Counted from the first letter of the stretch, positions 40,193 through 50,925 are shown. The stretch: DNA of 64,000 nucleotides from Acetobacteraceae bacterium (GCA_965199165.1 OZ240681.1:5068690-5132689); one strand, 5' to 3'. Notes: generated by a model from the letters alone, not told the origin. Made by a program: numbers and translations.

Positions 40193-41343
40193 TTGGCCGT
40201 CACCCGCGTATCGTGGCCGGCCTGGCGGGCGACGACATCGGCGAGACCGGTGTGGACCGTCGTCTCCACCGAAAGGCCGAGGCGGAGAAGCCTCGCCAGC
40301 GGCTGGTTCGGCACGAGCACGACCTTTACCGCCAGGCGCTGCACGATCTTGGTGAAGTTGCCCGTCGCGTTGTCGGGCGCGATGGGCGAGAAGACCGCGC
40401 CGGAGGCAGGAGCGACGCTGTCGACGACGCCGTTCAGCACGATGTCGTAGGCGTCGACATGGATGCGGACGGATTGGCCGGGCAGCATGTGGCGCAGCGC
40501 CAGTTCCCGGTAATCCGCCTCGATATAAACGTCATTCAGCGGCACCAGAACCATCATGGCCGCTCCGGGCGTGACGTAGTTCCCGACCTGGACGGACTTC
40601 TCGCCGATCATCCCGCTCAGGGGGGCGACGACGCGCGTGTAGGACAGGTTCAGCCGCGCCTGAGCGAGCGCCGCCTGGTCCGCCTGCACCGTCGCCTGCG
40701 CGGAGGCGCGCTGGGCCCGGAGGACGTCGAGCTGATGCTGGGACGCCTGGAGGGAGGCCTCGGCCGCCGCAAGCTGCGCCTGCTGGACCCGCAATGTGCT
40801 CTGCGCTTCCTGGGCCTTCTCCTGCGGCCCGGCGCCACTCGCCGCCAGGTTGCTGTAGCGGCGGGCATTGGCCTCGGCCAGGGTCAGCTGGGCGCGGATC
40901 TCGTCGGTCTGCGCGCTGTTCTCGTTGATTTCCGACGGCTGCCGGCCGATGAGGGCCGAACTGTCCTGGACCTCCGCCTGATCGCGAGCGAGTTGCGCCT
41001 CGGCCTGATCGACCGCGGCCTGGAAGTCTCGCGGATCCAGCATCGCCAGAACCTGGCCGGCCTGAACCTGCTGGTTGTCATGCACGTCGACGGAGACGAC
41101 CTGCCCCGCCACACGCGGCGCGACGGATGTGTAGTGCGCCGTGACATAGGCGTCGTCCGTCCAGATATCCGGGTCGGGCACGTAGATGATGGCGAGAACG
41201 ACGCCGATGAACCCGACGACGATGGCGCCGGCGAGGAACCAGGGCCACAGCGGCGTCCGCTTCTCCTCCTGCGGGTTCTGGCCGCCGCCGCTCTGGCTCT
41301 GATTGTCCTGGTGGTCGGACTGGTTCGACTGATGGGTGTCCAT
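40189..41343 (-). CDS. HlyD/EmrA-family membrane fusion protein
   Basis: N-terminal TM, YVTAHYTSVAPRVAGQVVSVDVHDNQQVQAGQVL (lipoyl-like), long coiled coil, YTRVVAPLSGMIGE. Confidence 0.88.
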   Translation of the reverse strand: MDTHQSNQSDHQDNQSQSGGGQNPQEEKRTPLWPWFLAGAIVVGFIGVVLAIIYVPDPDIWTDDAYVTAHYTSVAPRVAGQVVSVDVHDNQQVQAGQVLAMLDPRDFQAAVDQAEAQLARDQAEVQDSSALIGRQPSEINENSAQTDEIRAQLTLAEANARRYSNLAASGAGPQEKAQEAQSTLRVQQAQLAAAEASLQASQHQLDVLRAQRASAQATVQADQAALAQARLNLSYTRVVAPLSGMIGEKSVQVGNYVTPGAAMMVLVPLNDVYIEADYRELALRHMLPGQSVRIHVDAYDIVLNGVVDSVAPASGAVFSPIAPDNATGNFTKIVQRLAVKVVLVPNQPLARLLRLGLSVETTVHTGLADVVARQAGHDTRVTAN

Positions 41344-41352
41344 GGCGGCGCT

Positions 41353-42900
41353 CTACTTGTTCGCCAGCATGATGCGCGGCGGATAGGTCCGGACGGGCAG
41401 GATGCAGACCATGACCATCAGGAAAACGACGATGCCCGCAATGACGATGAAGGCATCGCTGAGCACGAGCACATCGGTCTGCGCCCGCATGGCGCCCGCG
41501 AGCAGCGACAGCGCATCGGGCGAGCGGGGCGCGCCGGTCGGTAGCAGCGCCGGCACCTGCTGCGGATCGACGATCGGCGCCTGGATGAGCCTGTAGCGGT
41601 CGAGCCCCATCTGGTCCGTGATCCGGTCCGAATGCAGCGCGCCGCGCCAGCGCGTGATGAGTTGCAGCAGCCAGGGCCCGATCGCCTCCGCGATGCCGCG
41701 CGGCGTGTTGAACAGTGCCGAGCCGAACGGCCCTTCCTGCGGCTGGATGCTGTTGGTCGACATCATGAGCAGCGGCACCACCACCAGCGCCTCGCCGGCC
41801 GCCTGGAACGTCTGCCAGATCAGGAACTGCCCGCTATCCCAGGCGCTGGTGAGCCGGCTGTCCCCGATGAGGGCGGCCAGGATGCAGCCATAGCCGATGA
41901 AGTTCAGGACGCGGGCATCCACCGAAGGGATGTCGAGCAACTTGGCGACGATAGGCAGAAAGATCAGCTGAAGCAGGGCGATGACCAGCGAGAGAATATA
42001 GAGCTGGCTGGGACGGAACTGCTGGACCTGCTGGAGGTATGTAAAGGGCATCGTGGAGGACGATGTGCTGATAATGATGAAGCAGAACAGCGTGAGCGCG
42101 CCATAGGCGAGATTGCGCCGCCCGAGTAGCTGCAGCTTGAATAGCGGCACCTCGTGATACCATTCGTTGACGAGAAGCAACGGGATTGCGATGACGCTGA
42201 TCAATGCGAGGACGCAGATGGCGGGGGAGTTCCACCAGTCGAGCCGGTCGCCCTGCTGCAACATCGTCGTCAGGGAGCCCACGCCGACGGCGACCAGCAC
42301 CATGCCGCGCCAGTCGATCTTGCGCAGCCGATCGAGCTGCGGCTTCTCCTTCGGCATGCCATACCAGACGAGCACGGCCGCGATGGCGCAGAGCGGGATC
42401 GCCTGGAAGAAGACGAACTGCCAGCCGACCTCATCCGTCCAAAGTGCCGCCGCCGGCGCGCTGAGGTTGGGAAAAAAGCTCGTGGTGAGCGCGTAGGCGA
42501 CGAGGCCATAGAGGCGGATAGCTGGCGGGAGCACGCGCAGCGCCGTCGTCATCAGCAGCGGGATGGTCAGTCCGCCGCCGATCCCTTGCAGGATGCGGAG
42601 GCCATACAGGACCGTCAGGTTCGGCGAAAAAGGCACAAGCACCGTGGAGATGCAGACGAGCGCCGTCACAAACAGCACAAAGCGCCGCAGCGTAAAGGTG
42701 ACAGCCCACCATGGCGATATTGCTAGTCCGAAACACTCGCCCGAGACGTAGAGGCTGGTGATCCAGGTGCCCGGATCGTGACTGATGCCAAGGCCGCCCA
42801 TGATGTCCGGCAGGGCGATCGCGCTGACCTGATCGTTGAGCTCACCCGCGAAGGCGACGACGATCACCCCCGCGAGCCCGATCAGCGGGCGTTTGTCCAA
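41353..42900 (-). CDS. MFS multidrug efflux permease, DHA2/EmrB family (14-TM type)
   Basis: ALPDIMGGLGISHDPGTWITSLYV, LRILQGIGGGLTIPL, many TM segments. Start set at TTG (LDKRPLIG); the ORF track extends to 42987. Confidence 0.82.
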   Translation of the reverse strand: MDKRPLIGLAGVIVVAFAGELNDQVSAIALPDIMGGLGISHDPGTWITSLYVSGECFGLAISPWWAVTFTLRRFVLFVTALVCISTVLVPFSPNLTVLYGLRILQGIGGGLTIPLLMTTALRVLPPAIRLYGLVAYALTTSFFPNLSAPAAALWTDEVGWQFVFFQAIPLCAIAAVLVWYGMPKEKPQLDRLRKIDWRGMVLVAVGVGSLTTMLQQGDRLDWWNSPAICVLALISVIAIPLLLVNEWYHEVPLFKLQLLGRRNLAYGALTLFCFIIISTSSSTMPFTYLQQVQQFRPSQLYILSLVIALLQLIFLPIVAKLLDIPSVDARVLNFIGYGCILAALIGDSRLTSAWDSGQFLIWQTFQAAGEALVVVPLLMMSTNSIQPQEGPFGSALFNTPRGIAEAIGPWLLQLITRWRGALHSDRITDQMGLDRYRLIQAPIVDPQQVPALLPTGAPRSPDALSLLAGAMRAQTDVLVLSDAFIVIAGIVVFLMVMVCILPVRTYPPRIMLANK

Positions 42901-43068
42901 GAGGCATCTTCCATGAGTGTCGCAGTTCCACGTGTCCGCGCGTGATGTGGTTCCACGCGCCCCTGTGGCAAGCGTCCGTCCGCGCACGTCAACGTTGTGA
43001 CATGGATGCGGCCGTCGAACCTGCGTTCGGTGACGCCGCGCCCGCCCGGCTGGAGCGGGCGAAGCGCG

Positions 43069-44421
43069 TCAGGCGACCGGGTCGGGAATGGGCGTCAGCT
43101 TCCCCAGCAGAAAGACGTAGGAGAGGATGCCGACGATCAGCACGATGCCGGCGGTCATGAACGCCCCGGTGAAGGAATGCGTCGCGCCAACGATGTAGCC
43201 GGTCGCGATCGGCGCGACCGCGCCCATCAGGTTGTTCAAGAAATTCATGATGCCGCCGATGGAGCCGGTGGCGCCGCGCGGCGCGATCAGCGACGGGATG
43301 GACCAGCCGACGGGGGCCGCCGCCGCAAGCCCGCTCAGCGCGATCGAGATCCAGACCACCGCCCAGACCGGGCTCGTCGTGAGCGTGGCGCCGAAGACCG
43401 CAAGACCGAGCAGCATGCCCACCACGAGCACGGTCTTGCGGACGAGCGTCTCGTCGAGACCGCGCGTGATGAGGCGGTCGATCAGCCAGCCGCCGACGAC
43501 GAGATCCGCGACAGTCGCGCAGCCCCAGGGGATCGTCGCGAAGCCGGCCGACTTCAGGATGCTCATGTGCATCGTCTGGACGAGGTAATTCGGCAGCCAG
43601 GTCAGGAACAGGTAGAAGGAATAGCCGTAGGCGGCGAACCCGATCGTGAGCCCCCAGACCTTCCGGCTCCTCAGCAAATACCCGAGCATGGCGATTTCGC
43701 CTTTCTCCGCGCCCCCCTCGGGTGCGGCGCCGCCCTCGCGGAGATAGTCGCGCTCCTCGGCGCTGAGGCGGGGATGCTTGCTCGGATCACGGTAGAAGAC
43801 GAAGAAGGCGAGGAAATACAGGAAGCTCAGGGCGCCGGTGATCGCAAATCCCCACCGCCAGCCGAACCGCACGACGGCGAAGGCCACGAGCGGCACGCCG
43901 ATGACGTTGGAGAACTTGGCGGCTGCGTCGAAGATCGAGGTCGCCAGCGCCCGCTCCTTGCGGGGAAACCAATAGCCGGTGGCCTTGGAACTCGCCGGGA
44001 AACCGGGCGCCTCGGCCACCCCCAGCAGGATGCGCGCGCCGAAGATGCTGCCGAAGCCCTGGGCCAAGGCGGTCACCGCGCACATGAGCGACCAGAAGAA
44101 CGTGCTGATGCGGTTGACCCGGGTCACGCCGAACCGATCGAGGATCATGCCCGTCGGCACTTGCATCAAGGCGTAAGACCAGAAGAAGCCACTGAAGAGC
44201 CAGCCGAGCTCGCCGTTGGTCAGACCGAACTCGTGCTTGAGCTGCGGCGCGGCGACCGACAGGTTGATGCGGTCGAAGTAATTGATGAGGACCCCGACAC
44301 CGAGGAGGACGCCGATCCCCCAGCGAAGCCTGGGGATGCGCCGGCCGCCGGCGGCCTTCGCTACCGGCTCTCCTCGGGGCCGCGTCGTCGCGAGCGCGCG
44401 ATCCGGGTTGTCTATTGCCAT
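43069..44421 (-). CDS. MFS transporter, ACS (anion:cation symporter; hexuronate/galactonate-like) family
   Basis: VLINYFDRINLSVAAPQLKHEFGLT..LGWLFSGFFWSYALMQVPTGMILDRFG. GAGGAA lies 7 nt upstream of ATG 44421. Confidence 0.82.
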   Translation of the reverse strand: MAIDNPDRALATTRPRGEPVAKAAGGRRIPRLRWGIGVLLGVGVLINYFDRINLSVAAPQLKHEFGLTNGELGWLFSGFFWSYALMQVPTGMILDRFGVTRVNRISTFFWSLMCAVTALAQGFGSIFGARILLGVAEAPGFPASSKATGYWFPRKERALATSIFDAAAKFSNVIGVPLVAFAVVRFGWRWGFAITGALSFLYFLAFFVFYRDPSKHPRLSAEERDYLREGGAAPEGGAEKGEIAMLGYLLRSRKVWGLTIGFAAYGYSFYLFLTWLPNYLVQTMHMSILKSAGFATIPWGCATVADLVVGGWLIDRLITRGLDETLVRKTVLVVGMLLGLAVFGATLTTSPVWAVVWISIALSGLAAAAPVGWSIPSLIAPRGATGSIGGIMNFLNNLMGAVAPIATGYIVGATHSFTGAFMTAGIVLIVGILSYVFLLGKLTPIPDPVA

Positions 44422-44529
44422 GACGGTGTTCCTCGCGATGCCGCGCTCTCTGAGAGCAGAGGCGACTGAAAGCCCAGGAACGTCATCTAGCGTAGCCTCG
44501 GAAAACACTGAGACTACGGAGGCCGACCG

Positions 44530-44970
44530 CTACCGCACGTAGACGCGAACCTCATTGGCGGGCAGGTCCGGCACCACCACCGCGCCGAGCGTGATCCGCT
44601 CGGACGGCACGCCGTCGCTCATGATCGAGGTCGCGACCTCAACCGTGTCCGGCGTCAGCCCGCGCGCCTCGGTGATCTGATGCAGCGGCGTACCCTGCTT
44701 TGGCACCGCCGACAGAACATCGAAGACCACGTCCGGCTTGAGCGCGCGAGCCGCCTGCACGGCGCCGGCCAGCGCCGAGACATAATCGGCAGGCCCGGCC
44801 GCCGCCGCGATCGTCACCAGAGGCACCCGGCCGCTCTGCGCCTCCGTCATCTGCACGGTTGCCACATCCGGGCGTTGGGGGGCGGACGCCACCAGCCCGG
44901 CGCCCGGCACGGTACAGCCCGCCAACAGCCATGAACCGGCGACAGCCGACGCAACGGACAAAGCTCGCAT
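44530..44970 (-). CDS. Hypothetical lipoprotein
   Basis: MRALSVASAVAGSWLLAGC lipobox; no recognisable domain. Confidence 0.5.
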   Translation of the reverse strand: MRALSVASAVAGSWLLAGCTVPGAGLVASAPQRPDVATVQMTEAQSGRVPLVTIAAAAGPADYVSALAGAVQAARALKPDVVFDVLSAVPKQGTPLHQITEARGLTPDTVEVATSIMSDGVPSERITLGAVVVPDLPANEVRVYVR

Positions 44971-45608
44971 CAGGCCACGGCCATGCGAGCGAACTGCCGC
45001 AGCCCGGTCTGACGGAAGGTCGCCAGCCGCGCCGCCCGCAGAACGGACCGCAGATCCTTCAAAGCATCCTCGAAGCGCTCATTCACCACGGCATAATCGA
45101 ATTCGACGTAATGCTCCAACTCGCTTTCGGTGGAGGCCATCCGCCTCGCGATCTCGGCCTCGCTATCCTGGCCGCGCAGCCGCAGCCTCTCCTCCAAAGC
45201 CGCGAGCGACGGCGGCAGCAGGAACACGCCCACTACATCCTCGGGCATCGCCGCCCGCATCTGCCGGAAGCCCTGCCAGTCGATGGTGAAGATCATGTCC
45301 TGCCCGCGCTCCAAAGCGGCCTCGACCGGCGCACGCGGCGTGCCGTAGAGCGTCTCGCGCCCGAAGACATGCGCCCATTCCAGCAATCCGCCGGACACCC
45401 GCAGGGCCTCGAACTCCGCCGGCGTCCGGAAATAATAGTGCTTGCCTTCCACCTCGCCCGGGCGCGGCTTCCGCGTCGTTACGCTGATCGAAAGGCCGAG
45501 CTCCGGCTCCTCGACCCGCAGCGCCCGTGTCAGGCTGCTTTTTCCTGTGCCGGACGGCGCCGCGATGACGAGGCAAAGCCCGCGCCGTTCGACCGAGGCT
45601 CCCGTCAT
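44970..45608 (-). CDS. gmk: Guanylate kinase
   Basis: LVIAAPSGTGKSSL (P-loop), SVTTRKPRPGEVEGKHYYF; the start ATG overlaps the yicC stop (ATGA). Confidence 0.92.
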   Translation of the reverse strand: MTGASVERRGLCLVIAAPSGTGKSSLTRALRVEEPELGLSISVTTRKPRPGEVEGKHYYFRTPAEFEALRVSGGLLEWAHVFGRETLYGTPRAPVEAALERGQDMIFTIDWQGFRQMRAAMPEDVVGVFLLPPSLAALEERLRLRGQDSEAEIARRMASTESELEHYVEFDYAVVNERFEDALKDLRSVLRAARLATFRQTGLRQFARMAVA

Positions 45609-46507
45609 TCGATATTCTGGACCTGTTCGCGCAGCTGTTCGATCGCCGCTTTCAGGCTCAGGCCGATCGCGGTCAACGAGACCGAGGCCGACTTGCTGCA
45701 TAACGTGTTCGCCTCTCGGTTGAATTCCTGCATCAGAAAATCAAGCTTCCGCCCCACCAGAACCGCCTCGGTCAGGAGAGCCCGCGCCGCGTTGACGTGG
45801 CTTGCCAGCCGATCCAGTTCTTCACGCACATCGGATCGGCTTGCCAGCAGCGCAACCTCCTGGGCAATCCGTTCCTCGGGCAGGGACAGGCCCTCGCCCA
45901 CCAGAGCCCGCAGGTTCTCCATCATCCGCTCCCGCTGGAGCCGGGGCTGATCCTCTGCGGCAGACGCCGCCTCTACGCGCAATTGGGCGATTTCGGCCAG
46001 CAGACCAGCCATGACCACTGCGAGACGCTCGCCTTCCTCAGCCCGGGCGCGTTCCGTGGCGGCCAAAGCCTCCGCGAAACCTTGCACCACCGCCTCCCTG
46101 AGCGCTGGCGAGAGCGCGGGTGGCCCCCCGTTCCCGCTCGGGGCCCGCAACACGCCGGGCAGTGCCAGCAGCAGCTCCGCCCGCGGCGGCGGCGCGCCGG
46201 GAATCTGGGCCGCAACCTCGACCGCCAGGCGCAGCACCCGGGTCAACGCCTCAAGGTCCGGCGCCGCAGGCCCTTGATCCTCGGCACGCAGGGTCAGCGT
46301 GGCGTTCACGCTGCCGCGCCGGATTCGTTGCGATAGCGTGACGCGCAGCTCCGGTTCCACGGCATCCCAACCGGAGGGGAGCCGGAACCGCGGCTCCAGG
46401 CCCTTGCTGTTGACGCTGCGGATCTCCCAAGCCCATGCCACGCCAGCGATATCCCCAGCCGCGCCGCCAAAGCCGGTCATCGACGCCGGAGAAAGGGGGT
46501 TTTTCAT
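45605..46507 (-). CDS. yicC: YicC-family stress-induced protein
   Basis: SMTGFGGA.., WEIRSVNSKGLE, C-terminal EFNREANTLCSKS..LKAAIEQLREQVQNIE. Confidence 0.88.
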   Translation of the reverse strand: MKNPLSPASMTGFGGAAGDIAGVAWAWEIRSVNSKGLEPRFRLPSGWDAVEPELRVTLSQRIRRGSVNATLTLRAEDQGPAAPDLEALTRVLRLAVEVAAQIPGAPPPRAELLLALPGVLRAPSGNGGPPALSPALREAVVQGFAEALAATERARAEEGERLAVVMAGLLAEIAQLRVEAASAAEDQPRLQRERMMENLRALVGEGLSLPEERIAQEVALLASRSDVREELDRLASHVNAARALLTEAVLVGRKLDFLMQEFNREANTLCSKSASVSLTAIGLSLKAAIEQLREQVQNIE

Positions 46508-46570
46508 GTCGGTCCTTTTAGGGTGAAATCTGGTTTTGTGAAATGATCGCGGCGTGCTTAGTCGGGTGCG

Positions 46571-47344
46571 ATGATATTTAGGCATGTCTTGATTACCGGC
46601 GCGTCTTCAGGAATCGGCCGCGCCCTGGCGCTCGGGCTGGCCGGACCCGGCGTCACGCTCCATCTCGGCGGCCGGGATGATGGCCGGCTGCAGGCCGTCG
46701 CTGCCCAATGCCGGGCGCAGGGCGCGAGCGCCCATCCGCATGTCGTGCCGGTCACCGATGCGGCGGCGATGAGTGCCTGGATCGAGGGCGCCGGGCCGCT
46801 CGACCTCGTCATCGCCAATGCCGGCATCTCCGGCGGCACCGCCGGCACAGTCGAAAACGAGGCGCAGACCCGCGCGATCTTCGCGACCAACCTCGACGGC
46901 ATGCTCAACACGGTGCTGCCCGCGATGGCGGTCATGGCGCTGCAGCCGTCGGACGCGGCAGGCGTGCGGGGGCGTATCGCCGTCGTCGCCTCCGTCGCCG
47001 CCTTCCTGCCGGGCCCGAGCGCGCCGGCCTACTGCGCCTCCAAGGCGGCCGCCGATTCCTGGGTTGTGGGAACGGCACCCTCGGCCAGAGCCCAGGGCAT
47101 CCGCATGACCAGCCTCTGCCCGGGCTTCATCGAAACGCCGATGACGGCCGCGAACACCTTCCCCATGCCCGGGATCATGAGCGCGGATCGTGCCGCCGCC
47201 CTCATACTGAGGGCGATACGCCTCGATATGACCCGCTGCGCCTTCCCGGGCTGGATCGCGACCGGGGCACGTATCGCGGCCCTGCTGCCGGCGGAATGGC
47301 GGGAAGCCATCGCCAGGCGATTCCCGGCAAAGAGCACCATGTAA
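46571..47344 (+). CDS. SDR-family oxidoreductase
   Basis: VLITGASSGIGRALA, NAGI, YCASKAA. Confidence 0.8.
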   Translation: MIFRHVLITGASSGIGRALALGLAGPGVTLHLGGRDDGRLQAVAAQCRAQGASAHPHVVPVTDAAAMSAWIEGAGPLDLVIANAGISGGTAGTVENEAQTRAIFATNLDGMLNTVLPAMAVMALQPSDAAGVRGRIAVVASVAAFLPGPSAPAYCASKAAADSWVVGTAPSARAQGIRMTSLCPGFIETPMTAANTFPMPGIMSADRAAALILRAIRLDMTRCAFPGWIATGARIAALLPAEWREAIARRFPAKSTM

Positions 47345-47399
47345 GGAAGCGGTTCTTTCAGAAAAAGAACCGAAGAACTTCCAACCCAGGACGTCCCGC

Positions 47400-48275
47400 A
47401 TGAACGCGCCGCCGATCGCCTACGCCTTCTCCGTCATCCTCCTCATCGCCGCCGGGCTGATCGTGCACGCCACCCACGAGGCCCCGTTCGGCATCGTCCT
47501 CGCCGTCATCCTCGTGCTCGGCGCCATCACCATCCCCTCCTGGCTCAAAATGACGGACCAGTGGAACCGCGCCATCATCCTGCGTCTCGGGCGCTTCCGT
47601 GGCCTCGGCGGACCGGGGCTGTTCACGCTCATCCCGTTCCTCGAATCGATCGCGACCGTCATCGACGTCCGCATCCGCACCACGGAAATCCGCGCCGAGG
47701 AGGCGCTGACGCGGGACACGGTGTCCATCGCCATGGACGCCATCGTCTTCTGGCGCGTGGTGGACGCCCGCCGCGCGGCGACCGAGATCGAGCAGTACCG
47801 GCTGGCCGTGGAGCGCGTGGCGCAAACCAGCCTGCGGGAGACGATCGGCAGCCATGACCTCACGCAGCTGCTGTCCGACCGGCAAACGGCGGACGAAGAA
47901 CTGCGCGAGACGATCAGCCGCAAGACCGTGATCTGGGGCGTGGAGATCACCTCGGTCGAGATCAAGGACATCGCCATCCCCACCTCGCTGCAGGATGCGA
48001 TGAGCCGTCAGGCGCAGGCCGAGCGGGAGAAGCAGGCGCGCGAGACACTCGCCTCGGCCGAGATCGGCATTGCGATCAAGGTGCGCGAGGCGGCGCGCAT
48101 CTATGCCGAGGACCCAGTCGCGCTTCAGCTCCGGCAGATGAACCTGGTCTACGAGATGAACAAGGATCGCGGCACCACGATCATCATCCCGAGCGAGATG
48201 GCGACGAGCCTGGGGTCGCTCGGGGTGGCGGCGTTTGCGAAGCAGGCCGGGAATGATAAACCCGCAGGCAAGTAG
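47400..48275 (+). CDS. SPFH/band-7 (stomatin-like) membrane protein
   Basis: N-terminal TM helices, ILRLGRF..PGLFTLIPF, TRDTVSIAMDAIVFWRV, IWGVEITSVEIKDI, AEREKQAR. Confidence 0.85.
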   Translation: MNAPPIAYAFSVILLIAAGLIVHATHEAPFGIVLAVILVLGAITIPSWLKMTDQWNRAIILRLGRFRGLGGPGLFTLIPFLESIATVIDVRIRTTEIRAEEALTRDTVSIAMDAIVFWRVVDARRAATEIEQYRLAVERVAQTSLRETIGSHDLTQLLSDRQTADEELRETISRKTVIWGVEITSVEIKDIAIPTSLQDAMSRQAQAEREKQARETLASAEIGIAIKVREAARIYAEDPVALQLRQMNLVYEMNKDRGTTIIIPSEMATSLGSLGVAAFAKQAGNDKPAGK

Positions 48276-48300
48276 AACACGCTGATCAGGGACGATACGC

Positions 48301-49623
48301 ATGGCAACGACACCCCGCTTCTTCACCCAGGAAGCGCCGATCCAGTTCGAGGGCCGGGAAAGCCGCAATCCACTCGCCTTCCGCTGGTACGACCGCGACC
48401 GCGTGGTTCTGGGCAAGACGATGGAGCAGCAGCTGCGCTTCGCCGTGGCCTACTGGCACTCGCTTGCATGGCCCGGCGGCGACCCCTTCGGCGGCGAGAC
48501 CTTCCTGCGCCCCTGGATGCATGGCTCGGACGAGATGGCGCTGGCCCGGCACAAGGCCGAGGTCGGCTTCGACCTGTTCCGCCTGCTCGACGTGCCCTTC
48601 TTCTGCTTCCATGACCGCGACGTGGCGCCCGAAGGCGCAACGCTCGCCGAGAGCAACCGCAACCTCGACGTGATCGCCGACCTCTTCGCCGAGAAGATGG
48701 CGCGCGAGAAGGTCAAGCTGCTCTGGGGCACGGCGAACCTGTTCTCCAACCGCCGCTTCATGGCGGGCGCGGCAACCAACCCCGACCCCGACGTGTTCAT
48801 CTACAGCGCGGGTCAGGTGAAGCATGCCCTGGAGACGACGCACCGGCTCGACGGCGCCAACTACGTGCTGTGGGGCGGCCGTGAAGGCTACGAGACGCTG
48901 CTCAATACCGATCTGGGCCAGGAGCTGGATCAGCTTGGCCGCTTCGTGAACCTCGTGGTGGAGCACAAGCACAAGATCGGCTTCAAGGGCGCGATCCTGC
49001 TGGAGCCGAAGCCGCAGGAGCCGACCAAGCATCAATATGATTTCGACGTGGCCACCGTCTACGGCTTCCTGAAGCGCTACGGGCTGGAGAAGGAAGTTCA
49101 GGTCAATATCGAGGACAATCACGCGACCCTCGCCGGCCATACCTACGAGCATGAGATCGCGCTCGCGGTGGCTCTGGGCATTTTCGGTTCGCTGGACGTG
49201 AACCGCGGTGACCGGCAGTCAGGCTGGGACACGGACCAGTTCCCGAACGACCCGACCTCGATGGCGCTCGGCTTCTACCACCTGCTCCAGGCGGGCGGGT
49301 TCACGACCGGCGGCTGCAACTTCGACGCCAAGGTGCGCCGGCAGTCGCTGGACCCGGACGATCTGCTCATCGCCCATGTCGGCGGCATGGATGTATGCGC
49401 GCGGGCGCTGCTGATGGCCGCCGAGATGATCGAGGACGGCGTGCTGCCGGGCCTCGTCGCCGACCGCTATGCGGGCTGGAAGACGCCGGAAAACCAGGCG
49501 ATCCTGAAGGGCGAGCGCAGTCTGGACGATCTGGCGGCGCTTGTAGCCCAGAAGGAGATCAACCCCTCGCCGCGTTCGGGCCGGCAGGAATACCTGGAAA
49601 ACCTCGTCAACCGGTATCTGTGA
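48301..49623 (+). CDS. xylA: Xylose isomerase
   Basis: [63 protein letters not shown]. Confidence 0.95.
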   Translation: MATTPRFFTQEAPIQFEGRESRNPLAFRWYDRDRVVLGKTMEQQLRFAVAYWHSLAWPGGDPFGGETFLRPWMHGSDEMALARHKAEVGFDLFRLLDVPFFCFHDRDVAPEGATLAESNRNLDVIADLFAEKMAREKVKLLWGTANLFSNRRFMAGAATNPDPDVFIYSAGQVKHALETTHRLDGANYVLWGGREGYETLLNTDLGQELDQLGRFVNLVVEHKHKIGFKGAILLEPKPQEPTKHQYDFDVATVYGFLKRYGLEKEVQVNIEDNHATLAGHTYEHEIALAVALGIFGSLDVNRGDRQSGWDTDQFPNDPTSMALGFYHLLQAGGFTTGGCNFDAKVRRQSLDPDDLLIAHVGGMDVCARALLMAAEMIEDGVLPGLVADRYAGWKTPENQAILKGERSLDDLAALVAQKEINPSPRSGRQEYLENLVNRYL

Positions 49624-49642
49624 CCGCGCCGGTCGACGTGGC

Positions 49643-50341
49643 TCAGGCCGCGTCGACCATCACGATCTCGCTATCCTCGATCGCCGTGAGCCGCAGCGTC
49701 TCTTCCTCGGCCACGGCGACGCCGTCCCGAGCCTGTGCGCGGGCGCCGTTGACCTCAACCAGGCCGCTGGCAGGCACGAGGTAGGCGCGGCGATCGCGGC
49801 CTAGAGGATATTCTGCGCTTTGCCCCGCCTTGAGGGTAACGCCCAGGACGCGGGCGTCGCTGCGGATGCGCAACGCATCCGTGTCAGCCTCGAGCCCGCT
49901 CGCGAGCACCACGAACTTCCCGGCGCGATCCCCTTTCGGGAAGGCTTTCGCACCCCATTCGGGATTGCCGCCCTTGGCATTCGGCATGATCCAGATCTGG
50001 AAGATCGTGGTCGTGCCAGGCTCCATATTGTATTCCGCGTGGCGGATGCCGCTGCCGGCGCTCATCACCTGCACGTCCCCCGCCTCGGTGCGGCCCTTGT
50101 TGCCGAGGCTGTCGCCATGCGTGATAGCGCCCTGCCGGACGTAGGTGATGATCTCCATGTTCGCATGCGGATGAGCCGGAAAGCCGGAACCGGCTGCGAT
50201 CTCGTCATCGTTCCAGACTCGCAGCGCGCCCCAGTTCATGCGCTCCTCATCGTGGTAGTCGGCAAAGGAGAAGTGATGGCGGGTGTTCAGCCAGCCGTGA
50301 TTGCCGCCGCCTAACGATCTATATGGCCGGATGTCGATCAT
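49643..50341 (-). CDS. Pirin-family protein
   Basis: GWLNTRHHFSFADY, FPAHPHANMEIITYV, MSAGSGIRHAEYN. GGGGAGA lies upstream of ATG 50341. Confidence 0.88.
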   Translation of the reverse strand: MIDIRPYRSLGGGNHGWLNTRHHFSFADYHDEERMNWGALRVWNDDEIAAGSGFPAHPHANMEIITYVRQGAITHGDSLGNKGRTEAGDVQVMSAGSGIRHAEYNMEPGTTTIFQIWIMPNAKGGNPEWGAKAFPKGDRAGKFVVLASGLEADTDALRIRSDARVLGVTLKAGQSAEYPLGRDRRAYLVPASGLVEVNGARAQARDGVAVAEEETLRLTAIEDSEIVMVDAA

Positions 50342-50397
50342 TACGTGGTCTCCCCTGCGACCTAGCATCGCATTTCAGTTGCCGAACGACCAACAGA

Positions 50398-50425
50398 AAA
50401 AAGGCCGGTCTCGCGACCGGCCTTT
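50398..50425 (-). terminator. Rho-independent terminator for the repeat-protein gene
   Basis: Minus strand reads AAAGGCCGGTC-GCGA-GACCGGCCTTTTT: GC-rich stem followed by a T-run, 25 nt after the stop. Confidence 0.75.
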
Positions 50426-50448
50426 CCGTCATCCGCTAGTCTAGAAGG

Positions 50449-50925
50449 TTAGGAGAGGTAGGCCGGGCGCTGCTGCGGCGAGACCTGCTCGTTGCGGGCC
50501 AGATAGGCGGGGCGCTGCTGCGGCGAGACCTGCTCGTTGCGGGCCAGATAGGCCGGGCGCTGCTCGGGCGTGGACTGGCTGTCGCTACGGGCGAGGTAGG
50601 CCGGGCGCTGCTGCGGCGACACGCTCTCGCTGCGGGCCAGATAAGCGGGCCGCTGCTCGGGCGTGGACTGGCTGTCGCTACGAGCGAGGTAGGCCGGACG
50701 GTGCTGCGGCGAAACGCTCTCGCTACGGGCGAGGTAGGCCGGGCGCTGCTGGGGCGACACGCTCTCGCTGCGGGCGAGGTAAGCCGGGCGCTGCTGCGGG
50801 GACACCTGCTCGTTGCGAGCCATCTGGCCCTGAACGGCATGATGCACGATGGGCTCGGCCGCAACCGCTGCGCCCGTCAGGCCCAAAGAAACCGCTGCAA
50901 CCGCCGCCATCAAAATATTCTTCAT
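50449..50925 (-). CDS. Secreted tandem-repeat protein (seven full 15-16 aa repeats plus partial units, consensus RPAYLAR[SN][ED][SQ]VSPQQ)
   Basis: MKNILMAAVAAVSLGLTGAAVAA signal peptide, then near-identical repeats to the C-terminus. GGAGAG lies upstream of ATG 50925. Confidence 0.7.
   Translation of the reverse strand: MKNILMAAVAAVSLGLTGAAVAAEPIVHHAVQGQMARNEQVSPQQRPAYLARSESVSPQQRPAYLARSESVSPQHRPAYLARSDSQSTPEQRPAYLARSESVSPQQRPAYLARSDSQSTPEQRPAYLARNEQVSPQQRPAYLARNEQVSPQQRPAYLS
50452..50826. repeat. 45/48-bp in-frame tandem DNA repeats (about 8 units)
   Basis: Near-identical units such as GGTAGGCCGGGCGCTGCTGCGGCGAGACCTGCTCGTTGCGGGCCAGATA recur head-to-tail; coding, no spacers. Confidence 0.85.

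Noticed and set aside
48454-48467. Sigma-54-like element TGGCAC-TCGC-TTGC.
   Set aside because: The spacer is one base short of the GG-N10-GC geometry, and the site lies inside the xylA coding region.
50452-50826. A regular 45-48 bp repeat array, considered as a possible CRISPR or satellite.
   Set aside because: The units are contiguous with no unique spacers, stay in frame, and encode a repeat protein with signal peptide, RBS and terminator. No cas genes are present.
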